Shown here piece after piece: positions 28,632 to 38,218 of a stretch of DNA of 64,000 nt. Position 1 is the first letter of the stretch; every line of letters begins with the position of its first letter. The stretch is from Flavobacteriales bacterium (lineage in GTDB: Bacteria; Bacteroidota; Bacteroidia; NS11-12g; UBA955): positions 26,483-90,482 of the forward strand of contig CANHQZ010000003.1 of the NCBI GenBank assembly GCA_947463125.1, read 5' to 3'. Position numbers and translations under genes: made by a program. A model generated the notes under the pieces. It worked only from the letters and a program-made list of their open reading frames with translations. It made no database searches and was not told the DNA's origin.

Positions 28632-29709
28632 TACTGCGAATGACATCAAAACCCTGTAAAAACTCTTTTGCAATAATTTTTAGCATGGTATACACCGGCG
28701 CCGCCACAATCATGCCGCCCAATCCGGCAAGCTGATAGCCGGCAAGAACCACGAAAAACAACTCAAGCGGATGCACTTTCAGCGAATTTGAGAAAATGAG
28801 GGGATAAGAAACCATATTATCAAGCAGAATGGCTATGCCAAAAACGGTGGAAACCTCCATCAGATGGGGCAGTATGGATGCGTAGAAATCTGCACCGATA
28901 TGTCCGCCGATGCTGAATATCAGCGCTACAGAGAGCCCCAGTATCGGGCCGATATAACTGACAAGATTGATTAACCCGCAGAACACGGCAATGGTAAGTG
29001 CATAGGGCTCACCTACAATACTCAGACCGATGAAAATGTAGCTGCCAAACACCAGAACCTGCAGCAATATGCTTCTGAAGTACTTTCCCAGCAGTTTTTG
29101 AATGGCCCTGAGTACCTTTTGCATACGCGGTTCAATATGATCCGGTGTGAGTGTATGGATGAGACGGTAAATTAAAAACTTCTCTTTCAGGAAGAAAAAC
29201 GCAATAAACAGCACCGAAAAAATCCAGCCTCCGGCGGTGCTCATCCCTTCCAGAATGTCGGTCACCGCGGTTCTTATGTCCACAGTTTGAATCCAATGCA
29301 TAAAATCCTGCTTAATATGCTCTGCGCTGAAGAGATTTCCATCTATACCCCAGGTGCCAAGATAATGCTGCAAATCGGCCAGCGGTGGGCCAAAACTGCG
29401 TTTAAAATCTTCATTGGAGATGTGGCTGATACGGTCAGCCTGTTCAAGCAAGGGCGGAATGATTAACCGGAGCAGGGCAAACATGGCCACCAACAGTAGC
29501 ACAATAACTACGGTGGCATAAACCCATCTGGGGAGGGGTTTCTTTTTCCATAAGATATGCTTTTCCATTGCAGACATCAGGGGCGCTGCGATAAAGTTGA
29601 TCAGCCCTGCTACAAGGAAATAGGCAATGACGCTGCGGAGGTAGCAAGCCGCAATGAGGATGGCAACAATGGCCAGCCGGCTAATCCATTTTTTATGCTT
29701 CGGGTTCAA
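28615..29709 (-). CDS. AI-2E family (PerM/UPF0118) transporter
   Basis: About 360 aa polytopic membrane protein with the characteristic conserved C-terminal region (GLINLVSYIGPILG...LAGYQLAGLGGMIVAAPV). Confidence 0.8.
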   Translation of the reverse strand: MNPKHKKWISRLAIVAILIAACYLRSVIAYFLVAGLINFIAAPLMSAMEKHILWKKKPLPRWVYATVVIVLLLVAMFALLRLIIPPLLEQADRISHISNEDFKRSFGPPLADLQHYLGTWGIDGNLFSAEHIKQDFMHWIQTVDIRTAVTDILEGMSTAGGWIFSVLFIAFFFLKEKFLIYRLIHTLTPDHIEPRMQKVLRAIQKLLGKYFRSILLQVLVFGSYIFIGLSIVGEPYALTIAVFCGLINLVSYIGPILGLSVALIFSIGGHIGADFYASILPHLMEVSTVFGIAILLDNMVSYPLIFSNSLKVHPLELFFVVLAGYQLAGLGGMIVAAPVYTMLKIIAKEFLQGFDVIRSITRGV

Positions 29710-31723
29710 TAAGAGGGATGTCGTCAGCAGGTGTTTCCGGTTCTTTGGTTTCGGGTGTTTCTGCTTCCGGCACTATAGCTTCCGGCTCTTCAGTGTGAGC
29801 GGGCTTCTGGTCAAAAGGTCTTTTGCCAATAAGTCTTTCGAGATCTGCCTGGAAAAGAATTTCCTTTTGCAACAATTCTTCGGCTACGGCTTTCAGTTCT
29901 TCTTTCTTTTCGGTAAGCAGATTCTTGCAGCGGGTGTAGGCTCCGGCTATGATGTTGCGCACCTCTTCATCTATCAGTTCCGAGGTTCTCTCGCTGTAAG
30001 GTTTCTGATAGCCATATTCGCCCTGGGGGTCATAGAATGAAAGATTGCCTACTTTTTCACTCATGCCGTAAATGGTAACCATGCTGTAAGCCATTTTGGT
30101 GATGCGCTCCAAATCGTTTTGCGCGCCGGTGCTGATTTTACCGAAGAAGATGTCTTCGGCAGCCCTGCCACCCAGTGTCATGCACATGCTATCCAGCAGC
30201 TGTTCGGTGCGGTACAGGTATTGTTCTTTGGGCAGGTACTGCGCATATCCCAAAGCAGCCACCCCGCGCGGAACGATGCTCACCTTCAGCAAGGGATCGG
30301 CGTTTTCAAGGAACCAGCCTGCTATGGCATGACCGGCTTCGTGGTAAGCCACAATTTGCTTCTCTTCGGGTGAAATGATTTTATTTTTCTTTTCCAGTCC
30401 GCCTATGACGCGGTCAATAGCGTCCTGAAAATCCTGCATATCCACGTGCTCTTTGCCATGACGCGCGGCTATGAGGGCGGCTTCGTTGCATACATTGGCA
30501 ATTTCTGCTCCTGCAAATCCGGGGGTCTGGGCAGCCAGTTTGTGCGCATCCACATCGCCGGCCAGCTTGGTAAGGGGTTTCAGGTGAACCTTGAAAATCT
30601 GTTCTCTGCCTGCCAGATCGGGTCTGTCCACAGTAATTTGTCTGTCGAAACGCCCCGGACGCAGCAAGGCGCTGTCGAGAATGTCGGGGCGGTTGGTGGC
30701 CGCCATTATGATTACGCCGCTATCGGTTCCAAAGCCATCCATCTCAGCCAGCAACTGGTTCAGGGTGTTTTCACGTTCGTCGTTGCTGCCTTGCACCAGG
30801 TTTTTACCACGGGCGCGGCCTACTGCATCAATTTCATCTATGAAGATGATACAAGGTGCCTTTTCCTTGGCTTGTTTGAATAGATCGCGCACGCGACTGG
30901 CACCCACGCCTACAAACATTTCCACGAAGTCGGAGCCTGAAAGAGAGAAGAAAGGTACACCTGCTTCACCGGCTACAGCTTTTGCCAGCAAGGTTTTACC
31001 TGTTCCGGGAGGGCCTACCAGCAGCACGCCTTTCGGAATTTTACCTCCCAGGTTGGTGTATTTTTTCGGATTTTTAAGGAAGTCAACCACTTCCATAACC
31101 TCCACTTTAGCTTCTTCCAGGCCGGCTACATCCTTGAAGGATATGTTTACCTTGGTGTCTTTGTCAAAAAGCTGTGCTCTGGCGCGACCAATGCTGAAAA
31201 TATTGGAACCGCTGCCACCACCGCCACCGCCCACGCGGCGGAACAGAATACTCCAGAAAATGAGGAATATACCTATGAAGAAAAGCCATTGAAACAACTG
31301 GCCCATGAAGTCGCTGTGCGATTCGTAAGCAATAGGCGGTATGGGTGTTTCATTTTTCTTTTCCTTCAGTTCCTCTTTCAAATCTTTGATTTCATTGTTA
31401 AAGTAACCCTTTTCAATTTCAAAGTAGTAATTGGGCTGATTGGCACCCAGCATGTCTTCCTTTTTGGCGCTGGATTTGTGTTCCTCCTTTTGGCCTGCCT
31501 CCTTTGTAAGGTATACCTCTACAATTTGTTCATTCACAATGGTGAGTTTTTGAACATCACCCTGTATGATCATTTGACGGACCTCTGCCCAGTTTGTGCT
31601 GCGACCCGAACCCCGGGGTAAAAAGGTAAGCACGAGCATCACAATGAAAATGATGCCATAAATCCAGTAAGGGTTGAACCGGAAGCCACCGGGTTTGGGT
31701 TTGTTGTTTTTAATTTCGCTCAT
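29693..31723 (-). CDS. ftsH: ATP-dependent zinc metalloprotease FtsH
   Basis: AAA+ Walker A GPPGTGKT, Walker [12 protein letters not shown] region, and zinc motif HEAGHA. Acidic Pro/Glu-rich C-terminal tail. Confidence 0.97.
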   Translation of the reverse strand: MSEIKNNKPKPGGFRFNPYWIYGIIFIVMLVLTFLPRGSGRSTNWAEVRQMIIQGDVQKLTIVNEQIVEVYLTKEAGQKEEHKSSAKKEDMLGANQPNYYFEIEKGYFNNEIKDLKEELKEKKNETPIPPIAYESHSDFMGQLFQWLFFIGIFLIFWSILFRRVGGGGGGSGSNIFSIGRARAQLFDKDTKVNISFKDVAGLEEAKVEVMEVVDFLKNPKKYTNLGGKIPKGVLLVGPPGTGKTLLAKAVAGEAGVPFFSLSGSDFVEMFVGVGASRVRDLFKQAKEKAPCIIFIDEIDAVGRARGKNLVQGSNDERENTLNQLLAEMDGFGTDSGVIIMAATNRPDILDSALLRPGRFDRQITVDRPDLAGREQIFKVHLKPLTKLAGDVDAHKLAAQTPGFAGAEIANVCNEAALIAARHGKEHVDMQDFQDAIDRVIGGLEKKNKIISPEEKQIVAYHEAGHAIAGWFLENADPLLKVSIVPRGVAALGYAQYLPKEQYLYRTEQLLDSMCMTLGGRAAEDIFFGKISTGAQNDLERITKMAYSMVTIYGMSEKVGNLSFYDPQGEYGYQKPYSERTSELIDEEVRNIIAGAYTRCKNLLTEKKEELKAVAEELLQKEILFQADLERLIGKRPFDQKPAHTEEPEAIVPEAETPETKEPETPADDIPLIEPEA

Positions 31724-31838
31724 TATGCAGTTAACTATCTGATGGCAAAAGCTAAGCCAAACAGGATTACACTACAAAGCTACTATTTATACCTGCCAAA
31801 TACCACAATTCCTATAATTTGTGTTATCATGCATAAAA

Positions 31839-31863
31839 AAACCCTGCCATTTTAGCAGGGTTT
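31839..31863 (-). terminator. Rho-independent terminator downstream of the T9SS GH13 gene
   Basis: 9 bp stem aaaccctgc/gcagggttt with a 7 nt loop, followed on the minus strand by a 7-T run. Confidence 0.6.
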
Positions 31864-31882
31864 TCTTTATTGGGTATGGCTT

Positions 31883-34645
31883 TTAGTGCTGTATCATAGT
31901 TATGACAGACCAGGTGCCCTGCTGAGATTGCCCCTGGATAACATACATTCCATTTGGCCAGTTTTGTGTATGAATATGCATGAATTTATCCTTCATATAG
32001 CCGGTAAAAATACACCTGCCTGAGGCGTCTCTTACCTGAATTTTAGCATTCCCGGGTCCCATCAGGTTCAGTTCATCGGAGGCAGGATTTGGATAAACCA
32101 GAATTTCTGAATATTTGTCCGGGTTGCTGGTGCTGTTTGGGATTTGTACCTTGGGCTGCAGTTCCATACGCTTATTGGTAAACAGGCGATAGGCCCCCGG
32201 TTGCAGATTGACAGGCATATTTTTATTTGTCACCCGCATGCTGTCTCCGGAGAAAACCTCGTACCATTTTCCGGTGTCGTGGAAATCGTAGGTTGTATTT
32301 GAGGGTACTACATCGGTATTCGCGATTACATGAACATAGTGATCATAGTATTGCAGCCAGACCTTTTTAACCCGTCCACCCAAATCAAAATTATTGAAAG
32401 TGGTGTGAAAAACAGGATACTTGTTTCTCAGGTTCATCATGGTGGAATAAACCCGCTGCAGGTTTTGGCGATCGGGCTCAGTGAGATAGTTCCAGCGAAT
32501 GGGTTTTTCTCCTGTTCTGCCATTGAAGTTGATATTCACATCGTATCCCAGCTCGCCAAACTGCCAGATCATTTTTGGGCCGGGAACGCTGAAGAAGAGT
32601 ACCGTAGCCATTTCGCCACGTTTCAGGGCCGTTGATAGTTGTCTTACATTGTAACCGCCACTGCTGTTGCCGAAGGTGATATTTTTATACATCATGCGCT
32701 CTTCATCATGGCTTTCCATGTAGGAAATCAGGTGGGGTTTGCTCCATCCACGGCTTTTATAATTGCTTACCCACGATAAGTCTGCAGTATAGCCCATTGA
32801 AACTTCAGAATAGGAACCACTGCCATTCCCCCAGAAGAGAAAGCCTTCATTGGATAACTCGGTTTCTTCACTGTTATCGGCAAAGTGCTCCAGAATCAAC
32901 ACGGCATTGTTATCATAGCTGCGAATAACGTCACGCATGCGCTTGAGAAGGAAAATTCGGCTGCCATCATACTGTCCCCAAGCGCCAGTATTCCCTAGGG
33001 TGTTTTTCTGGGTAAAACCTTTGGAAAGGTCAAATCGGAATCCGTCAGCCTTAAATTCGGTGAGCCAATGTCTGATGACGCGATCCATGTATTGCTGTGT
33101 GAACTGACTCTCATGGTTAAAGTCATATCCCACATTGAAATCATGCTTTGCTACCGGATTTAACCAGGGATTGTTGTCTGCAGGCTGATTTAGTGCGCTG
33201 TTCCAGTATAAATGACACAGGGTGCTTTGTCCGAAAACATGGTTAAATACCACATCCAAAAATACAGCTATGCCTTGCTTGTGACACTCATCAATAAAGG
33301 CTTTGAGCTGATTGGCATTGCCGTAATATTTATCCAAAGCCATGTGGTAGGATACGTTGTAGCCCCAGCTTGAATTGCCTTCAAATTCGTTAACAGGCAT
33401 GATTTTAATAGCATTCACGCCCAGCTTTTTTAAGTAGGGAAGGGTATCTTTCAGCACCGTGAAGGAGTGAGCAGCAATAAAATCCCTAATGTGCAGTTCA
33501 TATATGTTTAATGAACCAACATTGCGCACAATGAAAGTATCATGTTTCCATGCATAAGCCGATTTGCCCGGTTGCACCACAGAAACCAGCCCGGTGGATT
33601 TGCCCGAAGGATAGTTGGGCAGTCCGGGAAAGTCAGCTTTATTGATAAAACCATCGTTCCAGTTGTCAAGAAGAAGCTCGCTCAGGGGATCTGCTTCCCT
33701 CAAAAGACCATCTACAAGATATTGATATCCGTATTGTTGCCCCTTTTTCAAACCGGAAACCCGCAGCCACCAGCGGTTGCCATCGGGAGTCTTCTTCATA
33801 AAATAGGCGGGAAGAGGCTGCCAGTTGTTAAAATCTCCGATTAGATACACATATTTTTTACCTGGTGCTGCCAGTGAAAACACAAGGGTTGTGTCATTGA
33901 TATAATTGGCTCCATCCATCGTACCGGAAGGCAGGGCTTCCGTTGTTATAGACGGGTTAATGGAAATGAACAAGGTGTCGCTGGCTGTCATTGTGCCTTT
34001 CTGGGCTCTTGCAACATACATGTATCTCCCCGGTGCCTTTCCTGACAATGTTTTTGTGAAAGTAACGGTCGTCAGAGTGTCTAATTGTACACCATTTTCA
34101 AAGAAGGTTATTTTGGCCAGTTCGGATGCTTTTGCCTCAAATGCAATGTTATCCGTTGTTTCAAAAATGCCCGGTATTTCCGCGGGTTTTGTGAAACTAA
34201 TTTTCAAGCCAGGGGGGAAAATGTCGGCATAGATATCTGTTCCGTCTGCATTGCGTCCGACCTTATTTCCTGCGCGATCCCTAAATACTGCAGCAATTTT
34301 TCTGACGGTTTCCGTACCAGGAACACCATAAAATGTAGGGATGAAAATTTTTATTCTGTAAATGTTGTTTCCCGTGTATGTCATTTTTCGGGGCGCGTCA
34401 TCGGTACCCCAAACACCTTTCACATACCGCCAGTCAGAATTTCCGGAGCTAAGGTTAGTAATAACTCCTGTGTGAATGTAAACCTCGGGTGGACCGAGAT
34501 CTTTGAGGGCTGCGTTGCCTTTGGTGGCATCATAAAAGATAGTTACACTGTCGTTTTGTGAAGCAAAAACAGGATCCAGTGTCATTTGTGCAAAAGCAAC
34601 ACTGCCAAGCAGAAATGAAGAAACTATAGTATATATTTTAAACAT
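31883..34645 (-). CDS. T9SS-secreted GH13 alpha-glucan hydrolase (pullulanase/amylase-type, multi-domain)
   Basis: Signal peptide. N-terminal beta-sandwich domains. GH13 regions I-IV (DVVFNHV, GFRFDLSKG, LILEHFADN, YMESHDEERM). C-terminal sorting domain (LVYPNPASDELNL...MYVIQGQ). Confidence 0.85.
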   Translation of the reverse strand: MFKIYTIVSSFLLGSVAFAQMTLDPVFASQNDSVTIFYDATKGNAALKDLGPPEVYIHTGVITNLSSGNSDWRYVKGVWGTDDAPRKMTYTGNNIYRIKIFIPTFYGVPGTETVRKIAAVFRDRAGNKVGRNADGTDIYADIFPPGLKISFTKPAEIPGIFETTDNIAFEAKASELAKITFFENGVQLDTLTTVTFTKTLSGKAPGRYMYVARAQKGTMTASDTLFISINPSITTEALPSGTMDGANYINDTTLVFSLAAPGKKYVYLIGDFNNWQPLPAYFMKKTPDGNRWWLRVSGLKKGQQYGYQYLVDGLLREADPLSELLLDNWNDGFINKADFPGLPNYPSGKSTGLVSVVQPGKSAYAWKHDTFIVRNVGSLNIYELHIRDFIAAHSFTVLKDTLPYLKKLGVNAIKIMPVNEFEGNSSWGYNVSYHMALDKYYGNANQLKAFIDECHKQGIAVFLDVVFNHVFGQSTLCHLYWNSALNQPADNNPWLNPVAKHDFNVGYDFNHESQFTQQYMDRVIRHWLTEFKADGFRFDLSKGFTQKNTLGNTGAWGQYDGSRIFLLKRMRDVIRSYDNNAVLILEHFADNSEETELSNEGFLFWGNGSGSYSEVSMGYTADLSWVSNYKSRGWSKPHLISYMESHDEERMMYKNITFGNSSGGYNVRQLSTALKRGEMATVLFFSVPGPKMIWQFGELGYDVNINFNGRTGEKPIRWNYLTEPDRQNLQRVYSTMMNLRNKYPVFHTTFNNFDLGGRVKKVWLQYYDHYVHVIANTDVVPSNTTYDFHDTGKWYEVFSGDSMRVTNKNMPVNLQPGAYRLFTNKRMELQPKVQIPNSTSNPDKYSEILVYPNPASDELNLMGPGNAKIQVRDASGRCIFTGYMKDKFMHIHTQNWPNGMYVIQGQSQQGTWSVITMIQH

Positions 34646-34656
34646 GGCTTTGTTCT

Positions 34657-34664
34657 CAAAAATA
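34657..34664 (-). promoter_or_regulatory. Candidate -7 promoter box (TATTTTTG on minus strand) for the T9SS GH13 gene
   Basis: TAnnTTTG match 12 nt upstream of the ATG at 34645, immediately downstream of the preceding gene's terminator. Confidence 0.35.
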
Positions 34665-34672
34665 GCAAAAAA

Positions 34673-34703
34673 AAAGGCAACTTTCTAAGTAAAAGTTGCC
34701 TTT
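34673..34703 (-). terminator. Rho-independent terminator downstream of the glucan-binding T9SS protein gene
   Basis: 12 bp stem aaaggcaacttt/aaagttgccttt with a 7 nt loop, flanked by an A-run (a T-run on the minus strand). Confidence 0.65.
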
Positions 34704-34721
34704 TTGTAGGGAAAATATCAA

Positions 34722-36026
34722 TTATTCAAAAACGAGTGTTGTAGTGGCTGTAGTTCCGTCTGCAGCGATTACTTTCACAAAGTAAGTTCCTGATGCAGGC
34801 TTCATGATAGTGCCATAATTAACACCTGCGGCGAAATTATTTTTAGCAACTGTCTTACCTGAAATATCCAGCAATTCTACTACGTGCGCAATATTTTTGT
34901 TAGTGAATGAAACATTCGCAGATGCTGTAGCAGGGTTAGGATAAACACCTTTGAAAACACTGTTTGATTTTCTGATACCAGTGGTAGGCATCTGGTAAAC
35001 TGAGCAGCTGTCGAATTTGTAAACAACCAGAACGGTGTCTTTAGAGAGGCCACTCAGGTTGATGGTGCGGTTGAATCCACCGAGACCATTGTCGTTTCCA
35101 CAGCCTCCGGTTTTAAAGTTTCCTTTTTCACCGTCCTGGTCACCGCCACGGCCATTGAAATACTTGTACTGGTAAGAACCTGGTGACAGGCTAACTGTCA
35201 ATTCATAAACGTCGTCTTTGTTAGCATCGGTGAGACGCAGGGTGTCTTTGCTCCAGTTGCAGAGCTTTTTGCCGGCAACGGCATCCTGGAAATCACCGGC
35301 CACATATAGACCTGCTGAATTAACGATTACGTCGCCCATGTATACGCGGAAGGTTACATTTTTCGGGGTGCTCAAGGCGGGGATGCTGTATGAAATGCTT
35401 CCGGTTACGGCGCCACCTACGGCTACAGTAAAGTCGCGGTTAGGGCCTACGAGCTTCCAGCCACATTCGTTTTCGATACCCCACTGCCAGCTTCCTTCTT
35501 CGATGTTTTCTTTCAGGGTCCATACGTTGTCACCTGCAGTAGTGTCGCCGTTGGTGCCATTATCGAACATATCTTTGGCAGACCAGCCGAACATGGAACC
35601 TTTTAGTTTAACGCCGGTTTCCTTTTTGGCAAGATCACGAACGGTAAATACTACAGGGTGGGTAGGTTTTGTTTTTGGAATAACAATTTCAGTCTGGCCA
35701 GATACTGAACCGGTGGTAACGGTGAAAGTGTAGTTAGGTACGCCAGGAGTCAGCCAGGCACCATCTTGGTCAACCGCTCCCCATTCGTAGGTGCCATTGG
35801 CAACACCGGTTACTTTCAATGACCAGATATTGTCATTAGCAGTAGCATCGCCATTGGTTCCGTCGTCAAATGCACCTACGTCGGCCCAGTTATTGAACTG
35901 TCCTTTGAATTTGATTGCGGTTTTGGTTTTGTTGTTGCGATCGTCGACCTTAAGCGTTACATCCGCTTGTGCATAAAGGCCCGCAGTTGCCGAAAATGCA
36001 AGAATGGTCAGGTAGTTTTTAATCAT
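34722..36026 (-). CDS. T9SS-secreted non-catalytic protein with three carbohydrate-binding-like modules (probable starch binding)
   Basis: Signal peptide from the internal ATG (MIKNYLTILAFSATAGLYAQ). Three ~100 aa modules with a conserved F.GW......D.GTNGD..A.D..W pattern. C-terminal sorting domain (VYPNPATASANV...GTYFVKV). No catalytic motifs seen. Confidence 0.7.
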   Translation of the reverse strand: MIKNYLTILAFSATAGLYAQADVTLKVDDRNNKTKTAIKFKGQFNNWADVGAFDDGTNGDATANDNIWSLKVTGVANGTYEWGAVDQDGAWLTPGVPNYTFTVTTGSVSGQTEIVIPKTKPTHPVVFTVRDLAKKETGVKLKGSMFGWSAKDMFDNGTNGDTTAGDNVWTLKENIEEGSWQWGIENECGWKLVGPNRDFTVAVGGAVTGSISYSIPALSTPKNVTFRVYMGDVIVNSAGLYVAGDFQDAVAGKKLCNWSKDTLRLTDANKDDVYELTVSLSPGSYQYKYFNGRGGDQDGEKGNFKTGGCGNDNGLGGFNRTINLSGLSKDTVLVVYKFDSCSVYQMPTTGIRKSNSVFKGVYPNPATASANVSFTNKNIAHVVELLDISGKTVAKNNFAAGVNYGTIMKPASGTYFVKVIAADGTTATTTLVFE

Positions 36027-36055
36027 GGTTGGTTTGATAAGTTTAGTTCTGAAAG

Positions 36056-36063
36056 CAAAAATA
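36056..36063 (-). promoter_or_regulatory. Candidate -7 promoter box (TATTTTTG on minus strand) for the glucan-binding protein gene
   Basis: TAnnTTTG match 30 nt upstream of the ATG at 36026. Confidence 0.35.
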
Positions 36064-36072
36064 AAAATTAAT

Positions 36073-36091
36073 AAGTGTAATTCCGACACTT
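36073..36091. promoter_or_regulatory. Candidate operator S4 (AAGTGTAATTCCGACACTT) in a divergent promoter region
   Basis: AGTGT-N7-ACACT inverted repeat between divergent starch genes. Shares the pattern of the sites at 39606, 40419 and 54000. Confidence 0.45.
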
Positions 36092-36134
36092 TGAAAGATA
36101 TTTTTTTTCTTTGTTGAAATTATTTTACCAAATC

Positions 36135-37970
36135 ATGAAGTTTTTAACCGGAGTTAAGTGGGCTATACTGCTAACATTTTCATTCATCAGTCATTTCGCA
36201 GATTCGCAACATATTTCGCGGTGCGATCCCCCATTCTGGTTTAAAAATATGGGTCAGGAGAGCCTGCAAATATTGCTTTACGGAGATTCTGTTCACCTGG
36301 CATCAGTTCGCGTAAAGGGTGGTCCCCGGATAATTTCCGATGTGAAAAGGCTAAATGCCGGTTTTAGAATTTTATACCTTCGGATGAAGCAGGGTCAGGG
36401 TGATTTTTTTATTGAAACAACGCTGGGTGGAAGAAAACAATCCTTGCGATATGAGGTGAGGGAAAAGCCAGGTTCAGGGGCTGCAATGGGTCCCGCAGAC
36501 CGGATGTATTTGCTGATGCCCGATCGATTTGCCAATGGAAATGACAGCAATGACAACATACCCGGTATGCTGGAAAAGGCTGACAGAAATGCGCTGCATG
36601 GCAGGCATGGCGGCGATGTGGCAGGGGTTTCTAAAAACCTCGCACACATCAAAAATTTGGGTTTCAATGCGCTTTGGATGACGCCTTTGCTGGAGAACAA
36701 CCAGCCTTCGCAAAGCTACCATGGCTATGCCTGCACCGATCATTACCGCATAGATCCCCGTTTCGGCAGCAATGAAGAATATTTTAAGTTAGCTGAAAAA
36801 AGCCGTGAACAAGGCATTAAATGGGTATTGGATGTGGTTTACAATCATGTGGGGAATGAACATCCCTTGTACAAAAAGAGAATTTCGCCGGACTGGTTTC
36901 ACATCCGTGACACCTTCTTTCGCAGCAACTACAGGGTTGCTGCTTTGAGCGATCCCTACGCGGCGCCGTCTGAAGTAAAAACCATGCTGCAAGGCTGGTT
37001 TGACCATCATATGCCCGATCTTGACCAGGCAAATGCTCACATGGCACAGTATCTCATTCAAAATACGCTTTGGTGGGTGGCTACCACACGTGCTTCTGCA
37101 GTGCGGGTGGATACCTATCCGTATTCAGAACCCGAATTTTTGAAGAGGCTTAACCGGGATTTGAAAAGAGCTTTTCCCGGCCTGTTTGTGTTTGGCGAGA
37201 CTTGGGAACATACCCTGGCGGCGCAGTCCGTGTTTGCCCCCAATAGGATTTTTACCCGTGAGGGTTTACCGGATGCGGTTACCGATTTTCAGTTTTGTTT
37301 TGGTCTTCACCAGGCGCTGAATGAACCTTTTGGGTGGAACACAGGCATCAGCAGAATGTATTACCTGATGGCTTCAGATTACGTGTATCAGAGACCGGAG
37401 ATGCTGGTAACCTTTGCCGATAATCATGATATCAACCGCATGCATGCTACGTTTGGAAAGAATATTGCCAAAACCAAAATGGCACTGGCACTCATGTATA
37501 TGAGTCGGGGAATCCCTTGTGTGTTTTACGGAACCGAATGGCTGATGACTGATACAGGAGCGCATGGTGCTATACGCAGGGATTCACCGGGTGGATGGAA
37601 GGGTGACGAAAAAAATGGTTTTAGGGCTGAAGGGCTCAGCTCCGAACAGCGCGAGATGTTTGATTACATCAAGAGCCTGGCGGGGATTCGCGAACGATAT
37701 GCAGAATTATTTGAACATGGTAAGCGCACACAGTACATCCCTTTTAATGGAATGTATGCATTTTTCATTGAGGGTGACAGAGACGTAATTGGTGTGTTTG
37801 TGAACCAATCAGACAAAGTGCAGCCAATCGACACCCGGCGTTATCCGGATATAAAAGCTATTTGGAATGAAGGTAGCGTGCTTCTCGTTAGGGAAACCCG
37901 GGGTTTACAGGTTCCTCCCGTCGATCCCATGGGTGTATCGGTGGTGCATTACTCTAAGAAGGTCAAATAG
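36135..37970 (+). CDS. GH13 neopullulanase/cyclomaltodextrinase-like alpha-amylase (SusA-like, periplasmic type)
   Basis: Signal peptide from the ATG at 36135. GH13 regions I-IV (DVVYNHVG, AVRVDTYPY, VFGETWE, FADNHDINR). Confidence 0.85.
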   Translation: MKFLTGVKWAILLTFSFISHFADSQHISRCDPPFWFKNMGQESLQILLYGDSVHLASVRVKGGPRIISDVKRLNAGFRILYLRMKQGQGDFFIETTLGGRKQSLRYEVREKPGSGAAMGPADRMYLLMPDRFANGNDSNDNIPGMLEKADRNALHGRHGGDVAGVSKNLAHIKNLGFNALWMTPLLENNQPSQSYHGYACTDHYRIDPRFGSNEEYFKLAEKSREQGIKWVLDVVYNHVGNEHPLYKKRISPDWFHIRDTFFRSNYRVAALSDPYAAPSEVKTMLQGWFDHHMPDLDQANAHMAQYLIQNTLWWVATTRASAVRVDTYPYSEPEFLKRLNRDLKRAFPGLFVFGETWEHTLAAQSVFAPNRIFTREGLPDAVTDFQFCFGLHQALNEPFGWNTGISRMYYLMASDYVYQRPEMLVTFADNHDINRMHATFGKNIAKTKMALALMYMSRGIPCVFYGTEWLMTDTGAHGAIRRDSPGGWKGDEKNGFRAEGLSSEQREMFDYIKSLAGIRERYAELFEHGKRTQYIPFNGMYAFFIEGDRDVIGVFVNQSDKVQPIDTRRYPDIKAIWNEGSVLLVRETRGLQVPPVDPMGVSVVHYSKKVK

Positions 37971-38125
37971 TTTAATGGTTTAATTGGTGAATGGTTGAGG
38001 GTTATGTCCTATGCGGATTTTCGTTCACCGTTTGTTTAGTGAATGAAGCCATGAAAAAGGCTGGGAGTGTAATCGGGCTTATTCCGCTGCACTGTATGAT
38101 GACCAACAATGTCTTTCTGTATTAC

Positions 38126-38213
38126 CAATAAACTAATGCACCAATGCACCAATACACCAATGCACCAATAAACCAATAAACCAATAAACTAATACACTAA
38201 CAGACCAATAAAC
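38126..38213. repeat. Eleven tandem units of a degenerate 8 bp repeat (CAATRMAC)
   Basis: caataaac taatgcac caatgcac caatacac caatgcac caataaac caataaac caataaac taatacac taacagac caataaac. Ends 5 nt from the stop codon of the MFS gene, in the convergent intergenic region. Confidence 0.9.
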
Positions 38214-38218
38214 CCAAA

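Noticed and set aside
37971-38125. A small ORF (about 28 codons starting near 38051, MKKAGSVIGLIPLHCMMTNNVFLYYQ) and weak inverted repeats in the convergent spacer
   Set aside because: It is short and hydrophobic, with no start context, conservation evidence or convincing hairpin. There is not enough to call a gene or sRNA.
38126-38213. The tandem repeat considered as a possible CRISPR array or coding repeat
   Set aside because: The units are 8 bp with no spacers, and there are no cas genes, so it is not CRISPR. The 8 bp period is not divisible by 3 and the tract lies outside any ORF, so it is not a coding repeat. It is kept as a non-coding tandem repeat finding.
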